From contig JAVHOF010000087.1 of the NCBI GenBank assembly GCA_036169915.1, positions 1 through 43,809 on the forward strand: a stretch of DNA of 43,809 bases. The letters run 5' to 3'. The translations under genes were made by a program, and so were the position numbers. The stretch is from Candidatus Pacearchaeota archaeon. GTDB taxonomy: Archaea; Nanobdellota; Nanobdellia; Pacearchaeales; GW2011-AR1. Positions 1-7,797 of the stretch are shown here, one piece after another (within the stretch, counting starts at the first letter, position 1; every line of letters starts with the position of its first letter). The notes beneath the pieces were generated by a model. That model was not told where the DNA came from and ran no database searches. It was given only the letters and a program-made list of their open reading frames with translations.

Positions 1-456
1 GATATCAACCAGAATTGTCTCTTCATCAAAGGAAATTATGTCCGTATTTATTTTTGAGAAATATGGAATGCCTTTATGTGTAACTCCTTTTTTATCGTCG
101 AATGAAATTGAGTCGCCTCCATTTTTAAAAGCGAGAACTGTGTTTTCTTGACTAATAACCAACAACTCCAATTTTCTTGATTCATCCGCCAGATTCATCC
201 GAGCCTCTGTTTCCAAGGTATTGCGGCCATTGGTTCTTTTGGTATCAATTACCGATTTTTCTGAAATCAGGTCATCAAGTTTTTTTTGTTCCTTTATTAC
301 AACAGCATTTTTTGCCTTCACCATCGCCTCACGAAGTTCTGAAAAATCATCAGGAGTCAACTTGCTCAGAAATTCATGCGCGAGTTCTTCGTGTGATTTT
401 TTCACATCACCGCCAGTGTCAAAATGCCTGATGAATTTTATTTGTGGATCAATCAT
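1..456 (-). CDS. 5' part of a protein with [F]xxGG motifs; runs off the left edge
   Basis: Not in the ORF track. Manual translation from ATG at 456 gives MIDPQIKFIRHFDTGGDVKK...AFKNGGDSISF... with no stop down to position 1. Confidence 0.85.
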   Translation of the reverse strand, partial: MIDPQIKFIRHFDTGGDVKKSHEELAHEFLSKLTPDDFSELREAMVKAKNAVVIKEQKKLDDLISEKSVIDTKRTNGRNTLETEARMNLADESRKLELLVISQENTVLAFKNGGDSISFDDKKGVTHKGIPYFSKINTDIISFDEETILVDI

Positions 457-487
457 GATGTTTTTTTACGTTTTCAAAGTTTTGCAC

Positions 488-495
488 TATATTTG
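488..495 (+). promoter_or_regulatory. Bacteroidota-type -7 promoter element TATATTTG
   Basis: Matches TAnnTTTG and lies immediately upstream of hairpin unit 1. Confidence 0.55.
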
Positions 496-500
496 TAGTG

Positions 501-570
501 TGTTTGATTGATTGAGTAACCTCAGCGGAATGGGACTGCTGCTTGCTCTACCAATCAAACGTTTTATTTT
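501..570 (+). ncRNA. Candidate structured small RNA, copy 1
   Basis: Stems 502-510/552-560, 514-519/543-548 and 523-528/536-541; loop AAUGGGA; followed by a U-rich tract; G-U pairs favour the + strand. Confidence 0.6.
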
Positions 571-614
571 CCACACTACCACCATCTTTCTTTTTTTCAA
601 AATTTTATGGTAAC

Positions 615-622
615 TACATTTG
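615..622 (+). promoter_or_regulatory. Bacteroidota-type -7 promoter element TACATTTG
   Basis: Matches TAnnTTTG and lies immediately upstream of hairpin unit 2. Confidence 0.55.
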
Positions 623-624
623 TG

Positions 625-692
625 TGCTTGATTAGTTTTGTAACGTCGGCGCAATTGGAGCGCCGTTTACTTAACCAATCAAGCATTTTTTT
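625..692 (+). ncRNA. Candidate structured small RNA, copy 2
   Basis: Stems 625-633/677-685, 640-643/667-670 and 647-652/660-665; loop AAUUGGA; followed by U7; same architecture as copy 1 with compensatory changes. Confidence 0.6.
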
Positions 693-3043
693 CATACGCC
701 AAAGATCATTTTCAATACTGGGTTTCCTGTTATGCCATGGTTAGAATTAATGCTTCCTCCCTTTTCAAAATACTGATCCATTAATTTTGCGGTTGGCCTG
801 ATCCATACTTCATTCGAATCAATTGGGTTTTCTGAAACTCTTATAAAATGATTGTCGATGGCCTGTTGGATTCCCTCCATGCGAGCTTCGTGCTTTGGAT
901 TATCCTTAAGAAAAGTCTTGCGTTGAATCTTTCCGTCTTTCATGTATTGGACAAAATCCTTACTGTGTCCTGTTAATTCTGAAATATCACAGCCATTCTC
1001 CATCTTATCAATTTTTTCAGTCAACATCTTTACCTCAAAATTTGCTGAATTCAAATCGGCATTGCTCTTTGCATTTCTTACGCGAAGTCTTGCATCCGAT
1101 AATTCCTTTTTCAATTCTGACATGATCAAATCAGCAATTCCGCCACCGGTTTCCATTTTATCTTCTGAAACCAACTTCCATTCGCCTTGTTTGATATATT
1201 TGTCAACCTTTTCTTTCCCAAAAGGATGATATCCACCAGTTCCACCAAAATTAGTAAACCAATACTCATCACCTTTTATTTCGCGAAGAAACAACCCTTT
1301 CCCAACAGCATTCAAAACTTTATCTCCAACATTTAATCCATTGAATGAATCAAGTCTTTTCCAGTCAACTCCTCCTCCTGTTTCCATTTTATTTGATAAT
1401 TTTAAAACAAGTTTATCAGAAACTTCTCGTGGTAATTTTGTTTTATATCCAGATGCCTGAATATAAACTGTGGCCGTTGGATATTTTGAATAATCTTCAA
1501 TGAATTTATCTGTGTCGGCTTCCCCATATGAAAAACTTACGTTTTCAGAAAGTGTGTCCGATTGGTTTTTAAGCAGAATCGGCTTATTGAATCTTGGAAG
1601 AAAATATTCCGTAACCTTCTCCAGAAATTTTCCCCATGTTTCACCTTTAAACAAGGCGCCTGTAACTTTTTTATCCAATATTTCTCCGCCACGTTCCATT
1701 TTATTTTCAGAAAGCCATTTGTCTAATCCCAGTTTTACTTTTTCATACATCTTCCTATATTTTCCTCCTTTATCATCCCTTGAATTGAATTTATGAAAAT
1801 ATTCTTCACCTTCTTTGCTTATTCCATAACCATAATTACCAACAATAGATTCCGCCATTGCCAATCTATATTTCTCTCCATTAAATTCAAAATCTATATC
1901 ACCGGTATTTTCCCCTCTTTTTGTAATGTGGTATCCTATTATTTTGATATTGCCGACTGCGCCTCCTTGCTCCATTTTATCGGAAAACACACCCGCTCCG
2001 TCCAAATAATATACCAAGTATTCTTCCGGCGTCACATTGAACTTATCGGCGCCTTCGTCAATCAATTGTATTATTTCTTCAGCCGATTCCCCTTGTGCAA
2101 AATATGGATTGTTGTGTGGATGGTTTACGGCAACATAAGGCAATCCCCTGTTGATTTCCACAAGAGGCGCCATTCCTTTTTTATCTTCCACATTATAATA
2201 TTCTTTCTTGATTTTTTTAAATGTTCCAAGAATATTTGATTTTATTTCTCCGCCAGTTGCCATTTTGGTTGTATTATTAAATTTTTCAAATTCAATTGCA
2301 TTCAATTGCCATATGGTTCTGAAAGCAATGTCCTGTTTGTTGTAAGTGTTTGTTTCCTTCAATAAATTTCCATCCTTATCATAAACCCTTATGTGGAAAT
2401 CAGGGCTGTAATGATTTTCTGTTGTGGCTGATTTTCTTTTTTCATCCTTCACATCAACTTTGTATTCGTCAATGAGAAATGTTTTTTCTCGGCCAATTGG
2501 ATCAGAAAAGTCCGTCTTGAAATATTCAATCATGTTGATTCCAAAATCGTGATTATCGTGGTATTTGGCAGCATATTCATTCTTCTCGGGGTTGCTGATT
2601 TTATCCTTCATGTCCGGGAGATGCTTGAAGAAAAATTCCTTTTCAACATATTCAGAAACCAATCTTCCCCTTTTTGAATCGACCTCAATGTTGATTTGTC
2701 CCGATGGCAGATTTTCAATGTTAAGAATTCCGGCTTTGTCCTTTAAATTCTTATTAACCTTGTTTCTGATTGCAACAGCTTCCTTGAAATTATTTTCAGT
2801 TGACATGAATTCCAAACTGTTTCCAATGCCCGACAATGTTTTTGCACAATCCATTCCAACACGCGCCTCTTTCCCTTCAGCGGATTCTATGACAGCTACG
2901 TTTGCAATCAGCTTTCCGCAGTTGTCACATATCTGTGGATTTTCCATGATGCCACCGGTGTAATATGCATCGGTGATTTTATAAGTTGTGTTGATCGGAA
3001 GATTTCTCCGTACAACTTTTTTTATTTTTTTTTCGTCGCTCAT
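692..3043 (-). CDS. Modular 783-aa protein segmented by KMExGG motifs; putative virion-internal or polyvalent protein
   Basis: N-terminal CxxC...VGMDC Zn motif; motifs KMATGG, KMEQGG, KMERGG, KMETGG (x2), KMENGC, FEKGG; C-terminus GNPVLKMIFGV. The function is inferred. Confidence 0.8.
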   Translation of the reverse strand: MSDEKKIKKVVRRNLPINTTYKITDAYYTGGIMENPQICDNCGKLIANVAVIESAEGKEARVGMDCAKTLSGIGNSLEFMSTENNFKEAVAIRNKVNKNLKDKAGILNIENLPSGQINIEVDSKRGRLVSEYVEKEFFFKHLPDMKDKISNPEKNEYAAKYHDNHDFGINMIEYFKTDFSDPIGREKTFLIDEYKVDVKDEKRKSATTENHYSPDFHIRVYDKDGNLLKETNTYNKQDIAFRTIWQLNAIEFEKFNNTTKMATGGEIKSNILGTFKKIKKEYYNVEDKKGMAPLVEINRGLPYVAVNHPHNNPYFAQGESAEEIIQLIDEGADKFNVTPEEYLVYYLDGAGVFSDKMEQGGAVGNIKIIGYHITKRGENTGDIDFEFNGEKYRLAMAESIVGNYGYGISKEGEEYFHKFNSRDDKGGKYRKMYEKVKLGLDKWLSENKMERGGEILDKKVTGALFKGETWGKFLEKVTEYFLPRFNKPILLKNQSDTLSENVSFSYGEADTDKFIEDYSKYPTATVYIQASGYKTKLPREVSDKLVLKLSNKMETGGGVDWKRLDSFNGLNVGDKVLNAVGKGLFLREIKGDEYWFTNFGGTGGYHPFGKEKVDKYIKQGEWKLVSEDKMETGGGIADLIMSELKKELSDARLRVRNAKSNADLNSANFEVKMLTEKIDKMENGCDISELTGHSKDFVQYMKDGKIQRKTFLKDNPKHEARMEGIQQAIDNHFIRVSENPIDSNEVWIRPTAKLMDQYFEKGGSINSNHGITGNPVLKMIFGV

Positions 3044-4296
3044 ACTCCAAAAATTGTTTTAAGAATTGCGTTTCCGAAAAATTCATTTGAGGTTGATTCA
3101 ATACCCCCGCCTTTTCCAAATGCTTTATTGTAAAAGCCCTTGATTCTCATTTGATGTGGCTCCTGATACATTATTATCTTGTTTCCAGATTCATCATAAT
3201 GCCCGAAATTAATATGCCATTGTGGTTTAAATGCCGTCCATGGCTTTTCCTTTATTCCAAAAACCCTGCCCAGCGTATTTCCTTGTGACACTAATTTGCC
3301 GATGCGCACCAATTCTTCTTGCGGAATTTCATCATCAAAATTCTTTTCCAACTCATACGGCGGATGATACCCTTTTGTCCTGCCTTCAGATATCTGCTCT
3401 CCAACTTTCATAAATAGCGAGGCGTCACTTATGGCGCGATTAATATCATCATAGTCGAATTTACGTTTGTTATCCCGATATATTTTTGACCATTTTTTTG
3501 CGATGGAAGAAAGTTTTGGGCTCAATGTGGTATAATCTCCCTGAGAAAGGTGAATCAAATACTGAAGTTGCCCTGCCTTCGAATATTGCCTTGGCTCATA
3601 TGCATTAAGATTCATTGATTGATATGTTATCTGCCTTTTTTCATTGGCCGTCAATGAATCCATATCAAAATTTTCCAAGTCTTCCTTGAGGCTTGTTTTT
3701 GGAATGATTGCCCCGCCTTGTTCCATTATGCTTTCCGGAAATACATAAAGCCTTATGTATGAAATATCCTGCATTGCCCTTATAAATCTGCTTATGCGCT
3801 CAATGCCAACATTTTCAAGTCCAAAAATATTTTCTTTGTCAAACACTTCTGCACGATTGATGAAAATTGTTATCCATTTTTCTTCGAAAGATTGCTGGCC
3901 TAAATGTTTTTTTGAAGTGATTGACTTAATTATCCATTCCGATATTTGTTCAAAATAATAATCAAGGTTTTTTTCTATATCCTTCTCGGCTTGATATTCA
4001 ATGACATAAAAATAATCATATTCGTCTTTTGTCGGAGTGGTAATAAAGAATGACATTTGTCCATTGGTATATGCCGTGCAGAATATGGTAATTCCCCCTT
4101 TTGACAACTTGTACATCTTTCCACTTTTCCATTCCTTGTTGAAATCTTTTCCCTTTGAGATCGGAAAGATGCAATGATGGTATATTGTGGAAACAAATTT
4201 TGACAGATGATCAATATCAACAATCCGCATTTCCTCGTGATCAAGCAGGTGGTAATATTTCTGTTCGTCGATAGGAATTATTTCATTGTTTTTCAT
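3040..4296 (-). CDS. GG-motif protein with the shared C-terminal tail
   Basis: Start moved from 4341 to ATG 4296 because of the ATGA overlap with the upstream gene. Contains MEQGG and FGKGG; ends GNAILKTIFGV. Confidence 0.8.
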   Translation of the reverse strand: MKNNEIIPIDEQKYYHLLDHEEMRIVDIDHLSKFVSTIYHHCIFPISKGKDFNKEWKSGKMYKLSKGGITIFCTAYTNGQMSFFITTPTKDEYDYFYVIEYQAEKDIEKNLDYYFEQISEWIIKSITSKKHLGQQSFEEKWITIFINRAEVFDKENIFGLENVGIERISRFIRAMQDISYIRLYVFPESIMEQGGAIIPKTSLKEDLENFDMDSLTANEKRQITYQSMNLNAYEPRQYSKAGQLQYLIHLSQGDYTTLSPKLSSIAKKWSKIYRDNKRKFDYDDINRAISDASLFMKVGEQISEGRTKGYHPPYELEKNFDDEIPQEELVRIGKLVSQGNTLGRVFGIKEKPWTAFKPQWHINFGHYDESGNKIIMYQEPHQMRIKGFYNKAFGKGGGIESTSNEFFGNAILKTIFGV

Positions 4297-4982
4297 ACTC
4301 CAAGTATTAGTCTGAGAATTGGATTTCCATAAACACCGCATTGCGCAACTTCGTTCACATTAACAACAACTGCCCCACCTGAATTATATCCCGGCATTTG
4401 TGAAATGCTTATCGGAACCATCAGTCCAGCCGACTCAATGATTATCCTTGCTTCAGCCGGTGACATTCTTCCAGCTGCTATCGCCTCGTTGTATTTGGAT
4501 GCAAGCATTGCCTGCTCAACTGCAATCTTATGTTCGTTTGGCGCAGCAGCTTCCTGCGTTGCATCCCATTTTTCATTCAATTTATGGCGCTGGAACATCA
4601 GGTATTCGCGAACGGTCATCATCCATGGTTCCGTTTTGGGATTGCCCATCAAGTCATTTCCAGCTATTGATCCGCCATACCTGAACTCTGTTGGTGTGCC
4701 ATCGGGATTTGTTGCGATGGGAACACCATTTCCACCTTGGGTGTTTATCTGGCTTAGCACCTGTGCATTGGTGCCGGTGTATGTGTGGATTTCCGGATCG
4801 GCAACATTCGTCTTGTTGATGATCACCTCTTTCCCTTCGAGAAGAACGGGTTTGTTATTGTCGGTTACAACAACCGCCTGAATTCCACCGGATGGTGCGC
4901 TATGGGCATCGCCCTTCAGCATCCCGCCCTGTTTTCCGTCACTGGTTTGTGTTGTTGCCAGTGTTGGTTCTGTATTCGCCAT
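4293..4982 (-). CDS. GG-motif protein with the shared C-terminal tail; phage structural or cargo-like
   Basis: GGMLKGDAHS..GGI...LEGKEVIINK segment resembles the G-x-SH-x-x-GG...EGxE-x-IIN motif I recall from phage virion proteins; also FRYGG and YNSGG; ends GNPILRLILGV. Confidence 0.75.
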   Translation of the reverse strand: MANTEPTLATTQTSDGKQGGMLKGDAHSAPSGGIQAVVVTDNNKPVLLEGKEVIINKTNVADPEIHTYTGTNAQVLSQINTQGGNGVPIATNPDGTPTEFRYGGSIAGNDLMGNPKTEPWMMTVREYLMFQRHKLNEKWDATQEAAAPNEHKIAVEQAMLASKYNEAIAAGRMSPAEARIIIESAGLMVPISISQMPGYNSGGAVVVNVNEVAQCGVYGNPILRLILGV

Positions 4983-5035
4983 GGGGTTAAAATTTTATTT
5001 TTTTTTCTTGGTTATATTAAAATACAACTTTCAAT

Positions 5036-5200
5036 TTACGGTGCAACGGCATAGGTTATCATTGTTGCTTTAAGAATGTTGCTTTTGGAGAATATCCCGA
5101 CCGCAATGAAAACAACGCCGATGCCGATCATTATTCCGGAAAGCGCCTTTCCCGGCAATGACGCCTCGAAGTGTTTCAACTCATCGACAAAAGAAGACAT
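5036..5200 (-). CDS. Small 54-aa single-TM membrane protein
   Basis: Manual translation: MSSFVDELKHFEASLPGKALSGIMIGIGVVFIAVGIFSKSNILKATMITYAVAP*. Confidence 0.65.
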   Translation of the reverse strand: MSSFVDELKHFEASLPGKALSGIMIGIGVVFIAVGIFSKSNILKATMITYAVAP

Positions 5201-5268
5201 TGTGAAATGGGGTTAATTTCAGGGGAGAAAAGTACGAAAAAATATCCTGATGGGCAAATGGTGTTTTC

Positions 5269-5427
5269 TCAGTGGCAAAAATCATTGAAAAGCCTGAAAA
5301 GTCCATATGCAATATATCCAAACATGCCCAACAGCAACAGAATCTTGAACCACTGGTCTTTTGGCGGTTCCGGTGGCTTTGGAAGATGTTTCTTTTTTTG
5401 TAGAAACAGGCGATTTCTCAATCTCAT
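5269..5427 (-). CDS. Small membrane protein with a basic/Pro-rich N-terminus
   Basis: MRLRNRLFLQKKKHLPKPPEPPKDQWFKILLLLGMFGYIAYGLF...; ATG after an A-rich leader. Confidence 0.55.
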   Translation of the reverse strand: MRLRNRLFLQKKKHLPKPPEPPKDQWFKILLLLGMFGYIAYGLFRLFNDFCH

Positions 5428-6067
5428 TTTTTTTGTTTTTATTCGCGTGTGTGTGCACGATTTTACCTCCAAAAATTTTACTGTGCAATTTTATTTTTCA
5501 ACTTATGAATGTTTTTATTCACAGGAAGGAAAATCACATTCGTTTTCCGGCTGATTTTGTGGTTTTGAAACTTTTTTAAACATGCCCTTAAAAATAACGC
5601 ATTAGGCGTTTTTTTTCATCAAAAGGGTGCTTGGAGGGGTAGGATGCCATAAATGGGGTAGGATTCGTCTCAGGCGATAAAAATGCGTTTTTGAAATTTC
5701 TGGAATTTTATTTTGAAATTTTGTAATAATTATTGTTTTTTGAAAAATAATAAATCAGAAGTTAGAAGTTAGAGTTATAGCCATATAAGGTAGTAGCAAA
5801 ATTGTTTTGTACTTATAAAGTAAAATATTGAAAATCAAATGATTGATATTTTATTGTCAAAATGTCATGTTTTTTAAAATGACTTTTCCGCCAGAAAAAA
5901 TATTTTTTGAAAAATAATGGTGCAGCAAATAGTCTGGCAAAATAGTACTTATGTACTTATATATGATAATAAATATAATAAGTATAATTTTGGTGCTATA
6001 TTGTAAATAGTAAAATTGTTTTACATTTACGATTGTTTTATAAGTACAAGTACAAAACAACGACAAT
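5428..6067. other. Long AT-rich divergent intergenic region; control region or possible origin
   Basis: Longest stretch without a credible ORF; A/T tracts; short GAAGTTA repeats near 5758-5778; TAATTTTG at 5985-5992 on the + strand. Confidence 0.4.
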
Positions 6068-6799
6068 TTGGAAAAAATAAACAAAAACAGGATCGAGCTT
6101 GATATTTCATTTATCATGCACGACATCAAAATCAATGAACTTTCCGCTTCAACTTATGGGATTTTCATCAGAATACTGTGTTTTATGCACAATGAGAATA
6201 ATTATGGAAAAATATTATTGCTTGAAAAACACCGGGAAAGCAAGAAAAAAGACAAGAACATTGCAATAATGCTCGTGAAACACTTGCCATATTCACAGGT
6301 GGAATTATGTTCCGCCATTGAGGAATTGGTGCAATCGGAAGTATTGTTCTATGATGGGGAAAATCTCTGCTGCCAGAAAATGATTGATGATTTTGAGAAA
6401 TATATCATCAGAAAAAATAAAGGCCGCACATCAATTCCAATTTATGAATTTGACTTGAGTGGCAAATTGATAAATACATATTCATCATTGAGCGTTTGTT
6501 CCGACAATAACAATACTATTCCACAATCAATAAATAACGCAATTATAAGTGGACAATGCTTCAGGAAGAAAAGTTATTTTTCAAGAGACGGAAATTTCAT
6601 TATTCCTAAAAGAAAGGAAAGGGGATCAAGTAATTTCGTTTATGAATTTGATTTGAAATTAAATCCGACAGAAAATTATGGATCGACTGAAAGTGCCGCA
6701 GTAGCCCACAAGACCACAATAAAAAATATCTATGCGGCAATCAGGACAAGAAAATGTTTTGATGGCAAGTGTTATTTTTCGAGAAACGGAACTTGGTAA
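6068..6799 (+). CDS. Phage replication-initiator-like N-terminal domain fused to two NUMOD1 DNA-binding repeats
   Basis: LSASTYGIFIRILCFMH..YGKILL...LPY...IEELVQSEVL resembles initiator N-domains; PIYEFDLSGKLINTYSS and VYEFDLKLNPTENYGS are NUMOD1-like; TTG start. Confidence 0.6.
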   Translation: MEKINKNRIELDISFIMHDIKINELSASTYGIFIRILCFMHNENNYGKILLLEKHRESKKKDKNIAIMLVKHLPYSQVELCSAIEELVQSEVLFYDGENLCCQKMIDDFEKYIIRKNKGRTSIPIYEFDLSGKLINTYSSLSVCSDNNNTIPQSINNAIISGQCFRKKSYFSRDGNFIIPKRKERGSSNFVYEFDLKLNPTENYGSTESAAVAHKTTIKNIYAAIRTRKCFDGKCYFSRNGTW

Positions 6800-6819
6800 T
6801 GATAATCAAAGGATAATTT

Positions 6820-7053
6820 CTACTCTTTTGTTGGATAACCGAAAATGACATTTCTGATATCAGAGGTTACATTATTTGTAACTTCAGCAACGAAAACAAA
6901 CTCTGGACGCGATGGAAACTGTCCGAGTTTTTTCAACCTCTTTTTCTTTTTTCTCGGATAACGGATTTTGAAGTGTGTGATTTTAGTGAGCGGCATTTCT
7001 TTTTGTTTTGAATTACGATCAGTCAACAATTTTCCAATCATGCCCAATTGCAT
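6820..7053 (-). CDS. Hypothetical basic protein
   Basis: ORF in the minus-strand run; YPRKKKKRLKK. Confidence 0.5.
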   Translation of the reverse strand: MQLGMIGKLLTDRNSKQKEMPLTKITHFKIRYPRKKKKRLKKLGQFPSRPEFVFVAEVTNNVTSDIRNVIFGYPTKE

Positions 7054-7333
7054 CTTTTCCGTATCCGGTTTCGATCAATTGAATTACAACCTCAAAAGGA
7101 ATAACGATTTGATCAGACGGCTTACACCCGTAACGAATGGCTTCAGGAAATTCAATGCGATGATTATTCCCCCATGGAATTTTGGCAGCTTGAACATTAA
7201 TAATCTTCACAGCAGGAAGCTGCATTAATGGTTGCGCAACCTTCTTGCCGATTAATTTCTCCCAATAATCAAGGAATTTTTGTTCTTCGGTAAACATCGG
7301 ATAACCGAATGGATGATCATTTTTCTTTTTCAT
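7019..7333 (-). CDS. Hypothetical protein
   Basis: Start moved to MKKKNDH (7333), just after the stop of the upstream gene. Confidence 0.6.
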   Translation of the reverse strand: MKKKNDHPFGYPMFTEEQKFLDYWEKLIGKKVAQPLMQLPAVKIINVQAAKIPWGNNHRIEFPEAIRYGCKPSDQIVIPFEVVIQLIETGYGKDAIGHDWKIVD

Positions 7334-7337
7334 GATT

Positions 7338-7577
7338 TTAGTATTCGATAATATCCTTTGCCTTAATATCAAGACAATTGCAAATTCGTTCCAGTAACAA
7401 TGGATATGCTTTTTTTGTAAGTGTACACTGCAATGCTTTTTTCCCTTCACAGATCATGCGTAAAGTCTTGTTGTTTGCCGGTGGATAACCTTTTGCCACC
7501 ATTAATGTGTTCAATGCATAGCTGGTCAACCCGCGTTCATCAAGAATTTTTTCCAGTTTTGTTTTTGTTGGTTCCAT
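7338..7577 (-). CDS. Cro/C1-type HTH regulator
   Basis: KLEKILDERGLTSYAL...LERICNCLDIKAKDIIEY pattern. Confidence 0.75.
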   Translation of the reverse strand: MEPTKTKLEKILDERGLTSYALNTLMVAKGYPPANNKTLRMICEGKKALQCTLTKKAYPLLLERICNCLDIKAKDIIEY

Positions 7578-7589
7578 AAATGATAAGGA

Positions 7590-7794
7590 TTATTTTTTGT
7601 CTAAATTATGTAGCGATTCAATTCTTTGCAGATAATCATAATCAGGATCAATGTATCCCAAAAACACTTTTTCAAGTTCTTCGCATTCATATTTAGATAA
7701 TTCACTTTCGAATATTCCAGAACCCTTTAGGCGAATTGTTTAGTTGGTTCGAGCAGGCCTTTTTAAATCGTTCAATCGCATCTTGTTTTTTCAT
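7590..7794 (-). pseudogene. Small gene broken by a +1 frameshift (or sequencing error)
   Basis: MKKQDAIERFKKACSNQL continues in the +1 frame as TIRLKGSGIFESEL...LDKK*; the 205-nt span is 3n+1. Confidence 0.45.
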
Positions 7795-7797
7795 GTG

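Noticed and set aside
488-692. The hairpin pair as a CRISPR mini-array, attC sites or tRNAs
   Set aside because: No identical direct repeats with spacers, no RYYYAAC/GTTRRRY ends and no cloverleaf.
597-695. 32-aa minus-strand ORF (MKKMLDWLSKRR...) starting at the ATGA of the 783-aa gene stop
   Set aside because: It runs across hairpin 2 and has no equivalent over hairpin 1; probably a by-product of the conserved GTATGA ending.
5596-5616. AACGC-ATTAG-GCGTT hairpin with T tract as a terminator
   Set aside because: The 5-bp stem is weak and there is no + strand gene upstream.
5857-6135. 92-aa hydrophobic minus-strand ORF
   Set aside because: Low-complexity translation of AT-rich DNA that overlaps the start of the + strand gene.
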